A DNA stretch of 64,000 nt, from positions 115,754,001 through 115,818,000 of the forward strand of contig OX597823.1 in the NCBI GenBank assembly GCA_951406725.2, read 5' to 3'. Made by a program: the position numbers and the translations under genes. The notes beneath the pieces are model-generated. The model had not been told where the DNA came from. It was given only the letters and a program-made list of their open reading frames with translations, and searched no databases. Below, in pieces: positions 1 to 12,059 of the stretch (positions are counted from its first letter, which is position 1; every line of letters starts with the position of its first letter). This DNA comes from Octopus vulgaris (lineage: Eukaryota).

Positions 1-299
1 CATAACGTACAATATATTACTGTAAATATAGCAGAGTAAATGCTATATTGATGGTCGAAAGAGTGAAATTAGAGACCTTGTTCGATCGATAAATGAATGA
101 TATTTTAAGAATGTCTCCATGAAAACATAGCCAGGTAGAAACTATAGTTGTTTGTTGTTGTAATAATTATTGTTTTATAGCAAAATGCAATGTATACAGT
201 ACTAAGCCTGCTCAGATTTAACAATTTGTATTAAATTATTTTAAAATTAAAACTTCATTTAAATCAGGTTTAACCAGTTCATTTATTCCTTTTGAACTG

Positions 300-2020
300 A
301 TTTTGGTATTCATTAAAGACAATAGAAAAAGCAAATAGAATTGCTAAGAGAAATATTAATGGTTTTATGGAAGAATGAGGGAAATTTTCAATAGCAAGAA
401 CTCAGAGGAAATCTAGAATTAGTTCCACAAGAATCGTAGTAAATATACCATGAATCAGGAATCCAAAATGAAGCATTCTAAAGAAATAATTGGCACTATT
501 AGTTACATGGTGCAATAATGTGGTGCAGAGTTATTGCACAAAACACAGAAGTTGATGCTGTCGAGTTATTTTTATTAGACGTTTACTATAGAAACTCTGG
601 AAATTGTAATCTGAGATTAGATCTTAGATATCTCTCCACACAGTCATAAAAATATAGCAGCATTCAGCTAATATCATTTATAACATTAACCTCCAGCATA
701 TATTTATTGATTAATTTTGGCAGAATTTAGGGGAAAAGATTTTTGCTGCTGCAGAAAGCAAGTTTGAAAAACTGTTCCGTTGCAGATGTGTGTGTGTGTG
801 TGTGTGTGTGTGTGGAAACATAGTTGAGTGATTGTGGAGACACACGGAAACTCTGAGAACTAGCCTGCTTTAGTTTTCTTTCTGGGTATCATCTACTTTT
901 ATTGGTTTTCGATTTAAGCAAATGAGGCAGAAGGATGACATTACCTGTTCTTTGCCTATAAAAAGCCATGCTGGAACATTCTTTCAAGCTTTAAAACAGT
1001 TCTATCCCAATGATGTTCCACTTGGCTGAGCAATTACATGGTTTAGCAATTTCTATCTTGGAAGCCAATAGTTATAAAAGAAAAATGATAACTGTAATGT
1101 TTTTTTTTGTTTTTTTTTTATTTCTAGTATCTCTGAATGAGAATGTATTTTCTCTATGAAAAAGTAGTCATCTTTCTACTCGAAGTTAATGAGGGAAAAC
1201 TTGAAGTCGATCATGTTGGTCAAATAGCGGTCATGTTTTATTTTATTACTACTATTTCTATAGTACCACTTCATTTTTGTCATCTTTTAGTACAAGCTTC
1301 ATTATCTCTTCTGAAGACAGTGTCATAAAAAGAACCAAGTTAAAAATTAGAAAATATTAATGTATCTTCTTCAAAGCTTCATCATTTACTTCTTGCCATG
1401 TAGTTTGTGTGCTGTTATCAAATCATCTGAGCCTGCTAAATTGACTGAGAGGAATGTCAGATGCATTAGCAATAGATGGGGAACAGGTTCAACCACAGTC
1501 TGAATCAAATATTTTACTTTGTTCTGTGTATTCAGTTTTGTGGGGAAAAAGTGTTGGGTAGGAAGATATTGTAAATCAGAAAGTGGAATTGGAATCATCA
1601 GTCGAATGTGCGAAACTATAATTCTAGCTTGGTGCCATCCATCATCCATATAGCCATAAAGCCATATTTTATATTTCATGGGGGGATTCTTGGTGATGTA
1701 TTTCCTATAAAGGAATCACAAATGTAATTTATTCAGTTTAATACAGAAGCTGGTATATAGAAGGATTTTAATTTTTGTTTGGTCTATGTGAGGAGATTGT
1801 ACTCAATTACTGGATGTTTTAGGTTGCAAAATAGGAGAAGTGAAAGTTGGTTAACATTCTTTGGAAATTGTTGCAAGTTAGGAGGGAAAATATTGGCAGG
1901 AAAGTAATTCTAGAGAGATCAATCTGTGAGTCAGAAGAGTTGGACAGAATGTTGAGTACGAGGTGTGGGAGATAAAACATTGTAAATTGTATCAAGGGAA
2001 GGAATGGTATGTCCATGAAT
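300..2020 (-). mobile_element. Very old, degenerate CR1/Jockey-like LINE ORF2 remnant
   Basis: On the minus strand, weak motif traces fall in the expected order: SSDH-like endonuclease end (~1930), IPxRKY..P.W linker (~1700), LKECS (~985), DIS..FDCVW (~650), ILGP.LF.IY (~450). All are frameshifted and were recognised by eye only. Confidence 0.45.
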
Positions 2021-3049
2021 TATCATGTATGAATATGTACCATGTAAGGGAGTTAGTGTCACATTACAAAGAACAAAAAAAAAATGGATCAGCAATGTCA
2101 GTGTCTGAAAAAGTTTGGTAAAAACAGAGTTGCCTGTTCACTATTTTTTTTTTTTTTCTTGAAATTGGCTAAATTTGTGAGTATTTCAGTTTGGAAAGAA
2201 ACATTATCCTACACATGTGAAAAATGACCTAATCATTATCATCATTTTACTGTCCAATTTTTCATGCTTACATGGGTCAGGTCTAATATAGGACATACAT
2301 TTTGTAACAAATTGTTATCCTGTTGGATTTCATAAGAAAAAGTTGACTTCTTTCTTGGCAGTTTTTATGAACCAGTTTGGTATTGTGGGAAATTTGGAAA
2401 TACCAAAATAGAAACCACAACCAGAGATTGTAATTTGTATTTTGTAGAAAGTAATACAAGCATCCTTGTGTTAAAAAAAAATAGTTGTATTCATAAGAAA
2501 ACTTTGCCATGACATAGTGTTCAGTTATGCAAAATGTTTTTTCCTATTGACTTCCTAGTATTATAGAATATTACTAGGAATAATGACACAAATTTATTTC
2601 ATGTTATGGAATTCCATGTTATGGCAAGATCTTCAAGACACAACGTTTCCATAACACCAGACATGCCTACAGTCACATCTGTTCGTATCTAATTCTCATT
2701 TAGAAGGAATAAACTGTAGTTGTTTCCTCAATATATGTAATGTTATTTGTATACAGTTTAATAAAAAAATATGTTCATTAATCTTAATTTAGATAATTAT
2801 ATCATTGCAAAACCGTTTAGTTCATTGAGATTAAATCATGGTAGGCATTGTGTAAATGAGTGAATCCTAAAGCACATTTAATTTGGGAGTGTTGTTCCAA
2901 AGATTTCCATTGGTAATTTGGTGGGAATCTCCTCATTTTGATAATTCTTAAATTCAGTCGTGTTAGTAATGCCTAAGATGGACAAACTGTTTTAGTTCTA
3001 AGAGTTAAAAAAGCAGTAAAGTTACATTCTCAAGCTATGCTGATTCACG

Positions 3050-3260
3050 AGGGCTGGTTTCCGTGACATGTAAATTCCCCACCTGGATGTGATGCCAGTC
3101 CATTGCACGATTACTCACCTGTGCCAGCTGAGTGAACTGGAGCAACGTGAAATGAAGTATTTTGCTCAAGAACACAGCATGTTGCCTGGTCCAAGAATCG
3201 AAACCACAATCTTACGATCATGTGTCCAACGCTCTAACCTCTAAACCATGTGCTTCCACT
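3050..3260 (-). mobile_element. tRNA-derived CORE-like SINE (family E)
   Basis: Reverse complement has a tRNA-like head plus tgtgttcttgagcaaaatacttcatttcacgttgctccagttcactcagctgg, shared with copies at 6532, 30748, 32313, 39080 and 53437. Confidence 0.8.
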
Positions 3261-3269
3261 TTAGTACTA

Positions 3270-3560
3270 AGAATGGAGAAACTGTTTTAGTAGTTGGAAT
3301 TGGGAACTAATTTAGTACCTAGAGTAGAGGAACTAATTTGGAAACAGGAGTGGAAAAACTGTTTTAGTAGCAGAGATGAGGAGAAGCATTTAGTATCAAG
3401 TGTAGAAGAATTTCTTTGTACCAGAGGGGACAGAAACTGTTTTAGGCTCAGGGATGGTGGAACTATTTTACTGCAAGAGAAGAAGGAACCATTTTTGTTC
3501 CAAGGGTGGGGAAAGTGGTTTAGTACTAGAGGTAAAAGAACTATCTTAATTGCAGGATTG
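3270..3560. repeat. Degenerate minisatellite (aaactgttttagt... units)
   Basis: Repeated aactgttttagt/aactaatttagt motifs at about 30-40 bp spacing. Confidence 0.55.
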
Positions 3561-3869
3561 ATATAACCTTTTTAAAAATCCACAGATAAATATCAAGTGC
3601 AGAAGAATCTGTGAAAGCACACCTGTGCCGTGAAAAATAGCTTATTGTTAATTTCACATATTTCTAATGTGAATTACAGTTTTGAAACTATTTTTGAGTG
3701 TTTAGAGACTTGATCAGTGAACTGTTCTAAATTTGAAAGTGGATGAGAGTTTCCCTACCTTTGCTTTGGACTTCCTTAAAGTCACAGTATCAAGTGTTCT
3801 CACAGCATCATTTAAAGTCAGATAACATTGTTGTTCTTTGGAAGTCCAGTTTGTTTTGTAAGGTATTTA

Positions 3870-4076
3870 CAGTAGGGGTGCTGAAAAGTTCCTGGCTTTG
3901 GGTAAAAGAAAATACAGGAGGATCAGTTAATTATGATTTTATTCAACATATTCCCCTCTCAGATTCACACACTTATTTCAACACCCCTTCAGCTGCTTTA
4001 ATCCCTGTAAAAGATCTTGAAAGGTTGGGCCTCCAACCAGGCCTTTTGAAGCCAGGAACTTTTCAGCACCCCCTCA
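3870..4076. mobile_element. Mariner/Tc1-derived MITE
   Basis: TIRs ggggtgctgaaaagttcctggctt / aagccaggaacttttcagcacccc, with TA on both flanks. Confidence 0.85.
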
Positions 4077-4221
4077 TAGTCTGGTTCTGTGCTTATTTGC
4101 TGCTTCTACTGTGAATATTTTGAGTAATTCGCCAGTATTTGGCAGCATTTAACTTTATATTAATGTTTAAATGCTGTCTTATTTACAGGACATTTAGTAT
4201 AAATCTTTTATTTTTAATGTT

Positions 4222-4415
4222 CTTCAGTCATTGGACTGTGGCCATGCTGGAGCTCCCCTTCAAGGGTTTTAGTTGAACCAATCACTCTCAATATTCGTTT
4301 TTTAAAGCATGATACTTATTCTGTTGGTCTCTTTTGCCAACCCACTAGGTTATGGGGATGCAAACAAACCACCCCCACTTGTCAAGCAGTGGGAGTAGGC
4401 AAAGAAAACACACCT

Positions 4416-4449
<34 letters not shown>

Positions 4450-4840
4450 ATATGACAGGCTTAAGGTGGCAAGTTGACAGAAACGTTGCACACCAGGCGA
4501 AATGCTTAGAGGTATTTCGTCTGTCTTTACATTCTGAGTTCAAATTCCATTGAGGCCGACTTTGCCTTTCATCCTTTCAGGGTCAATAAATTAAGTACCT
4601 GTTGCATACTGGGGTCGATCTAATCAACTGATCCCTTCCCCAAAAATTTCAGGCCTTGTGCTTAGAGTAGAAAAAAATATGACAGGCTTCTTTCAGTTTC
4701 TGTCTAATGAATCAACTCTCAAGGCTTCGGTTGGCCCAAGACTACTTTACAAGACATTTGCCTGAGATGCCACACAGTGGGACTGAACCTGGAATCATGT
4801 TGTTGAGAAGGAAACTTCTTACTACAGAGTCACGTCTGCA
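4222..4840 (-). mobile_element. tRNA-derived SINE family A (internal microsatellite), interrupted by a family B SINE
   Basis: Matches the reverse complement of the copies at 43523 and 63581. Confidence 0.85.
4463..4678 (+). mobile_element. SINE family B nested in family A
   Basis: aaggtggcaagttg...gcctttcatcctttcagggtcaataaattaagtacc, flanked by the TSD tatgacaggctt. Confidence 0.85.
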
Positions 4841-6319
4841 TCTGTATGCATGAAAATATTCCTTAACTCAGATCAAAATATTTCTTTCTCTATAAACATT
4901 AAGAATTCTTGTTTTGAAAAAACAGTAATGATGAATATTTTGATATTCATAAGCCAAGATAATTTTGTGTATGGCGAGAAGAAATGAATACAAATATTTT
5001 GGGTAGGAACTCTTTATTTCACAAATTTCATCAACTGTTTTATTTACCGATGCAAATCATCACTAGTTTCTTTGGACTTTACCATTTCTTTGCTTTTGAA
5101 ACCACATATAATTAAACTTCTTTGGTACCACAACTGCTTGATCTTTTCCATCTTTTTTCATCATTTAATACCAGAACGAATCCATTCCTGTTTTTTTAAC
5201 TCTGACAAATTGATTTTAAAATGAAGGAATTGATAGAAATAGAATGATTTAGATTTGAATTAAATAAGTGAAGAATGTTTTCTTCATTTGTAGCTTCATT
5301 CTATAAACTCTGAGACTATTTTTAGATGTTGTTGAACATTTTTGGTTAGCAGATTAGGAATCAACAAGAATTTTGGTAATCAAGATGACAATCAAATAAA
5401 AGCAGTTTCCCGTGATTTCCAAAATGCTTCATTCAAATCAGAAATTTATTAACAACGTCTCTTGAGTTTGAAATGAAATTTTGACTTGTGAATTTTCTGC
5501 ATTAGAACTACATTTTTAGCAATGCTGCGAATATTTCTAAAATTGATTCTGTATTTTCAGAAATTTCTCTACTGGAGCTTTCTGTATTAGATTAAACGAT
5601 AACAATGATGAAAATAACATTAATAATTCTATAACAATTGCAACAACAACAACAGTAACAACAATATTCTTGTGTTTAAAAAAAGAGGAAAAAAAATTAA
5701 AGATAGAAATGAAATTAACGAAAACAAAATTTAGAATATAAAATATAAATGTATTAGATAATGTTGATGGCATCTGACTGTCTTGAGAGAAAGAGAAAAA
5801 AGTCTGGAACTATAAAATGGCAGTTTCTAATTCTGTTATATAATTCTGTTTAAAAGTTCTCAGTTCTTAACAGCAGCGCCTATAAGTAAAATGTAAAGTT
5901 TATTTTTAATCTTGGAAAGTTTCACTGAGTTGTGTCTGTCCTACCTTCTTTTCACATTTTTGTGCTTATATTAATTGCCTCCCTTACGTGGTCAGTCTTC
6001 ATTCGGTTGAGGGATGGTTCAAACTGTTCCATCCTTGATCGATCAGTGTTTTGTTTTTACAAATATAGTGTATCCAGGACTACATTGTAATGCCTATTGA
6101 TTTTTTTTAATGATGATAAAGTGTGATTTAAGGAAGATTTGGCTGCTACTTTCTACAGGCTTGTTCCCATGAGTAGAGTAGAGTTAAATATTGTAAATAT
6201 ACACTTTAATGATGATTTTAACAGTTCAGGATATATTTTATTGGCTGTGAAGAATGAAAACCAAAGTTGACCACCGGCAGGATTTGAACTCAGAATATCG
6301 ATCCTTTACCATTCAGGTT

Positions 6320-6520
6320 ACTTTGTCAAATGTGATGCTTAGTTATTGCTTTGAATTGATCATGCATTATTTCATAGCTTTTAGGATTTGATGATGTGAT
6401 CGTTTAGTTTTAGAATGAGAGTGTAAAGTAGGTGTGAGAGGTCTGATCTGACCAGTTTTAATATAAAACTGGTAGAATATTTGAGTCAGACACTGCTGGT
6501 TTAAAATACTAAAGAGTTAA
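6320..6520 (-). mobile_element. piggyBac-type MITE (same family as 33238, 34013, 46881)
   Basis: Ends in ctaaagagttaa; the interior is the reverse complement of the 34013 copy. Confidence 0.6.
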
Positions 6521-6531
6521 GGTACATAACA

Positions 6532-6790
6532 GTGGAGGCACATGGCTTAGTGGTTAGGGAGTTGGACTCGTGATTGTAAGATTGTGGTTTTGATTCCTAG
6601 ACTGGATGATGCATTGTCTTCTTGAGCAAAACACTTCATTTCATGTTGCTCCAGTCCACTCAGCTGGCAAAAGTAAGTAATCCTGCAATGGACTGGCATC
6701 CCATCCAGGTGGGGAATTTATATGCCATGAAAACCAGGAAACTGGCCCTTATGAGTCAATATGACTTGAGAAGGTACACATTACCTTTTT
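6532..6790 (+). mobile_element. SINE family E with V-domain-like tail
   Basis: tRNA head, CORE-like segment, then cctgcaatggactggcatcccatccagg. Confidence 0.8.
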
Positions 6791-8379
6791 TTACCTTAAA
6801 GGTACTCTGGAGCTTTTCTGTTTTCACTCTTGACCACCTGAAGTAATAATGTCATTGATGACATTGGTGGTGGTTTGGAGATGATGATGATATTGGGAAT
6901 AATGGCAATGGTTCCTTGAACCATCATGTAATTCTACCTAGTTTTCATGCCGGTAGTCTTGGCACAGTTTGAAGATGACTGATCTAATATTGTTTGAAGG
7001 TAATTTTTACTGAAGAGTGACTATATTTTTTATTACTTTTGTCATTTCTGACATTTCAAGCAATTAAATTTTGAAAAGACACAAATAAAACCGAGTATTA
7101 TCTTCAATAAGACAGGAGCTTTTCAAATACATCTATCTTCAGTGTTTTTTAATATTGGTATTTACCAAAATGATATTGTTTTACTTGAGATTGTAGAATA
7201 TTTAGTATTTTTCTATCAGAATAAATTTTTTTTTCAGAATTTTATTTATCATGCCTATATTCCTGTTTCATACTCACACAAACGTTTACAGAAGTGTACA
7301 TATTATGCAGAGATGCTTATTGAAGGTTATTATCTTTTAGAAATTTAAAAAATTATGCTGAGCATTTATTGAGGGTGAGGCTAAGAACAGAGTCAAATTT
7401 ATTACAAAATTAATTTTGATCGGGACTTCAAGTTCTGTCTGATGGCTTTTTCACTGAATGAATAAACCGTCAGACAAAATTTGAAGTTCATTCAAAATTG
7501 ATTTTATTATGTGTGTCTGTGTATGTGCACACACAAACATACACACACATGCACAAATACGTGCATCTGCACAGACACACTCACACACACACCAATAAGA
7601 AATGCTGAAAACGTAAGAGGTATTTTTAAGCTTTGTATAACAAATGTATGCTTCTTCAAATGTCAGTATTATGCAAAATGATTGGCTCTGGCTTATTGGC
7701 TGTTGTGCAGATTCACTCTTCTTTGGTATTAAGGAAGTGAGCCAATCAGATTGTGCAACAGGGTCAGTTGCCTTGTGCAATAATAATAATGGGTGTGTGG
7801 AAATGTGTGTATGTGATATAAAACTTAAAAGTACCAATTACATTTTCTGTGGTTCTTATTTGGTTTGAAATCCACACACTATCCTATCGAGGGAAATAGG
7901 GGAAGTGATGGTTATTGTGAAACCGTTTGGAATATAAGAGTTGAGTTTGGAGCCGTTTATTGAGTCAAAATTTTCCAGCACACGTTTAAATTCATTAATA
8001 TATGTATGTATGAATAAATATGTGTGTCTGTGTGTGTGTGAGTATATATATATATATATATATATATAAGAATTTTTTGCATAATAAGATAAAAAACCAA
8101 GGCTGTGTAGATATTAGAGCATTTATAGATGGAAGGTCTTACAGCTGTTTCAAAGATATTAATTTATAATATCCCTTCATCAGAAACGGTGTGAGAGGAA
8201 AAATTAAGTCATAGTTTTGATGTGATACAAAATAGAGAGTGAGGTGGAGGAAAGAAAATAGATATGAGATATGCAGGGATATTGTATTTGTAGTTCCATT
8301 ATTTAGGCAGAATTGTATATATGCAATATTCTGATATCCTTTGAGTAAAATCCAAAAGTCCAACAGAGTTTAATATATA

Positions 8380-8655
8380 TATGTAGACACTTTATTAATA
8401 AAGCTGCAAAAACATCACGAAAACTGTTACTCAGAGTTTCATGTTTCCGCTTGTTGGACAGTTTTGGTTGAGAATGGAACAAACTTTGTTCCATTCTCAA
8501 CCAAAACTGTCTGACAAACAGGAACGTGAAATTCTGTGTAACAGTTTTTGCAATGCTTTTGCAGGTTTATCATACTTGAAGCATATTACTTTACCTCTGG
8601 TATTCGAGTGCAATTTTCTGCCGTCTTCTTTCACATTTACATGCTTACACTGGTG
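8380..8655. mobile_element. Fold-back element (inverted Penelope-type pLTR) in (TA)n
   Basis: Inverted repeat 8397-8571 centred at 8484, with an unpaired tail on the right. TA repeats on both sides. Confidence 0.7.
8503..8548 (+). ncRNA. Decayed minimal type I hammerhead ribozyme motif (mirror copy at 8420-8465, minus strand)
   Basis: aaaactgt-CTGACAA-aca ggaa cgt-GAAA-ttctgtg-TA-acagtttt. The other arm supplies GAAA-ctc t gag-TA. Combined: 8-bp stem I, CUGAC(G)A, 3-bp stem II, GUA site. Confidence 0.65.
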
Positions 8656-8840
8656 TATATATATATATATATATATATAGTAATATTAGGGTAATAAGAA
8701 TTATAGAAATTTTTATTACCAGTGGCCTTGCGCAAAAAAAAAAATTAGTCAATAGACTTTATATTATTCATATAAAAATATTGTGTACATTAAAACACAT
8801 TAAGAGGCTTCTATCATAGGAAAGCCTAGCGCAAGGCTTT

Positions 8841-8879
<39 letters not shown>

Positions 8880-9319
8880 AAATAAATGTGTGTATGTGTA
8901 AATATAAGTACGTGTGTGTGTGTGTGAGCTTGTCTCTGCTGGTGGACCAGAACAGAGGTTCAGAGAGAAGCTGGAAACCTCTTTGAAGAGAAAGATTGTC
9001 AACCATTGAAAAATAGAAGACTTCACTGGTTACTGTTCCTTTTGGTGGTCCCACATCTTGTAGGGGATTGAAAATATGGAAGAGATATTGTTTATGTTTC
9101 TGGATGTTGAAACATGGCTTGTATAGTTTGCTTGCAGTGACCAGAAACTATTTTGCCCTTGTGTAGATCATGGTTTATTTTGAGTATTTTTGCTTTATTG
9201 TGTAGAAAACCTGTGGATGTGGTTTATGTACCATCTTTGAGCACCTTGTAAATTTCAGGATGAGACATCGAGAGCCCAGCAGTATTAGCTTAATCCTTAA
9301 TGTGTCTAATACCTGTGAA

Positions 9320-9938
9320 CACCTGTTGAGGCAAGTGAAATCGAAATTGAATTCGAAATCGAACCAAATTCGTTGACTGGCACCCATGCCAACCCCCCTT
9401 CATTGGACACTAAACTCTGCTTGGGAAGACCTGTTGGAGCAAGTGAAATCGAAATTGAACCAAATTCGATGACTGGCACCTGTGCTAGTGGAGCACTAAC
9501 AGCTCCATCTGAGTGAGATCACTGCCAGAGCAGCTGTCTGGCTTCCATGCCGGTGGCACGTAAAAAGCATCATTTGAGCAAGATCGTTACCAGCGTCGCC
9601 TTACTGGCACTTGTGCCAGCGACACGTGAACAAAACATTCGAGTGAGGTTGTTGCCAGTGTCAATGGACTGACTCTTGTGCAGGTGGCACGTAAAAAACA
9701 CCATTTCAAGCATAGCCGTTTCCAGTACCGCCTGACTAGAGCCCTCATGCGGGTGGCACGTAAAAGCACCCACTACACTCTCGAAGTGGTTGGTGTTAGG
9801 AAGGGCATCCAGCTGTAGAAACTCTGCCAGATCAGATTGGAGATTGGCACAGCAATTTGGTTTGCCAGTCCTGAGTCAAATCGTCCAACCCATGCTAGGC
9901 ATGGAAAGCGGACGTTAAATGATGACGATGATGATGAT
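9320..9938 (+). mobile_element. RTE-LINE 3' UTR fragment (family C) with (gat)n tail
   Basis: Tandem gccggtggcacgtaaaaagcac modules, ggttggtgttaggaagggcatccagctgtagaaa and a (gat)n tail. The same sequence is contiguous with RTE ORF2 at 51268-52310. Confidence 0.8.
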
Positions 9939-9992
9939 ATGGGTTAATAAGATTGGGTGTGTATGTGTTTATCATGCTTATATTGTTGAATA

Positions 9993-10385
9993 TCATCATC
10001 ATCATCATTATTATTTAGTGTCTGCTTTCCATGCTGGCATGGGTTAGACAGTTTGACTGGAACTGGTAAACCAACGAACTGCACCAAATTCCAATCTGAT
10101 TTGGCATCGTTTTTATGGATGGATGCCCTTCCTAACGCCTATCACTCCAAGAGTGTAATGGGTGCCTTTTTACATGCCACCATCACGGGTGCTTTTATGT
10201 TCCACCGGTATGGGTGCCAGCTACATAACACAGGCACCAGCCACGAATAGGATTTCCCTCGGCTTGATGAGTCTTCCTGGGTCTGCCACTTCCACATCTT
10301 CCCTCTACAGTTAGAGACTGGCACTTCTTTACGCAGCTGTCCTCGTCCATATGCATGACCCGACCATATCAGCGCAAATGTTGAG
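9993..10385 (-). mobile_element. RTE LINE 3' fragment
   Basis: Minus strand reads HLR.YGRVMHMDEDSCVKKC..L.VEGRCGSGRPRKT, followed by the family C UTR and (gat)n. Confidence 0.8.
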
Positions 10386-10849
10386 TGTGATGCTTGATTG
10401 CATCTGACATTCTTTTATGTTGCTGGCAGGAAGGGACCAGACTGGTCCATTAGATGTTATTTTCAACCTTTTGCTTTTTCTAAGTGGTTTACATATGGTT
10501 AAAATTGTTCAACGGCTCTGCCTGGGCATTGGTGGAAAGTGATGTTGGTAATTATAGATTCGACTAAAAGATGAAATGAAGAATAAACTGATAAACATAG
10601 TCTTATTATATCGTAATCACAAAACAGAAAACATGTCCTCTACTTGCCAATAAATTTATTTGACTGTCAAAACTCTAACTGACAAGATAAAGTTATTAAC
10701 AATAAATGATCTTCAATTTGGTTGTCAAGAAATCTTGCTTGAAATGCTGTGCAATGTAAAACAGTATTGAAAATAACAAAGAGTGCTGATGGAGTGTGTA
10801 TATCGTTTTTGTTTTAACGTCTGCTATGCTGTTGCTGTTGCTGTGGAGC

Positions 10850-11215
10850 GAATGGTCTTCATCCCAGAGTTCGCAAGATGGGAGAAGTCTGAAACGTGGT
10901 TCTTTGCTATTCGTAAGACCCGCAGAAGAGAAAGCAGGTCAACCCCCGACACCGAGAGCATCGACGGATGGATGAATGTACATCCAGGCTGAGCGGTTGC
11001 GTAGGAAGTCGGGGACAAGGAACAGTAAGAAAGAGTGAGAGAAAGTTGGGGCGAAAGAGTACAACAGGGATCACCACCACCCCCTGCCGAAGCCTCGTGG
11101 AGCTTTAGGTGTTTTCGCTCAATAAACACACACAATGCCCGATCTGGGAATCGAAACCGTGATTCTCTGACCGCGAGTCCGCTGCCCTAATCACTGGGCC
11201 ATTGCGCCTCCACTC
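10850..11215 (-). mobile_element. tRNA(Arg)-like SINE family D
   Basis: Head gtggaggcgcaatggcccagtgattagggcagcggactcgcgg...gtttcgattcc has A- and B-box-like motifs; near-identical to 15250-15585. Confidence 0.85.
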
Positions 11216-11337
11216 TGTCTGCTATGCTGGCATGGGTGTATATATTGTTGCTATTATGTAAAAGTGTCGTAAGTCCAAAACGTTGCTTTTCAGAAAAGGA
11301 AAAAAAATAGTTTCACCATTCCATTTCCATGCATAGA

Positions 11338-11898
11338 ATCATAACTCCACACATGTACGATATCTTCAGTCAGAAATATTTTGCAGAACTGACAGAGAGA
11401 AGCTGGAAACCTCTTTGAAGAGAAAGATTGCCAACCATTGAAAAATAGAAGACATCACTGGTTACTGTTCCTTTTGGTGGTCCCACAGCTTGTAGGGGAT
11501 TGAAAATATGGAAGAGATATTGTTTATGTTTCTGGATGTTGTAACATGGCTTGGATAGTTTGCTTGCAGTGACCAGAAACTATTTTGCCCTTGTGTAGAT
11601 CATGGTTTATTTTGAGTATTTTTGGTTTATTGTGTAGAAAACCCATGGGTGTTGTTTATGTACCATCTTTGAGCACCTTGTAAATTTCAGGATGAGACAT
11701 TGAGAGCCCAGCAGTATTAGCTTAATCCTTAATGTGTCTAATACCTGTGAACACCTGTTGAGGCAAATGAAATCGAAATTGAACCAAATTCGATGACTGG
11801 CACCTGTGCCAGTGGAGCCTAACAGCTCCATCCGAGCGAGATCATAACTCCACACATGTATGATATCTTCAGTCAGAAATATTTTTGCAAAACTGACA
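11338..11898 (+). repeat. Local duplication: ~446-bp copy of 8961-9520 flanked by ~57-bp direct repeats
   Basis: 11338-11394 matches 11841-11898. The interior 11395-11840 matches 8963-9520 minus one internal repeat unit. Confidence 0.9.
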
Positions 11899-12059
11899 TA
11901 CATGGGGTTTATTATACTTTTGAATATACACACATACCCTGATTACTGCTTAGGAAAATTAACTGAATGAATTCAGCCATAAATAAAATCAATGGGCATA
12001 AGTTCTCTTTACTGGGATGCCATGGAATATGATTTCCCCACTTTTTAGGTTAAGATTTG

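Noticed and set aside
1386-1704. Apparent antisense terminal exon (tttatag acceptor plus ~105 open codons), suggesting a nested gene
   Set aside because: It lies in register within a run of decayed LINE ORF2 motifs on the same strand, and I recognise no host protein. RNA-seq could overturn this.
8930-8995. Hammerhead-like ctggtgga-ccag...ctg-gaaac motif
   Set aside because: The core differs from CUGAnGA at two positions and stems I and III cannot be drawn convincingly.
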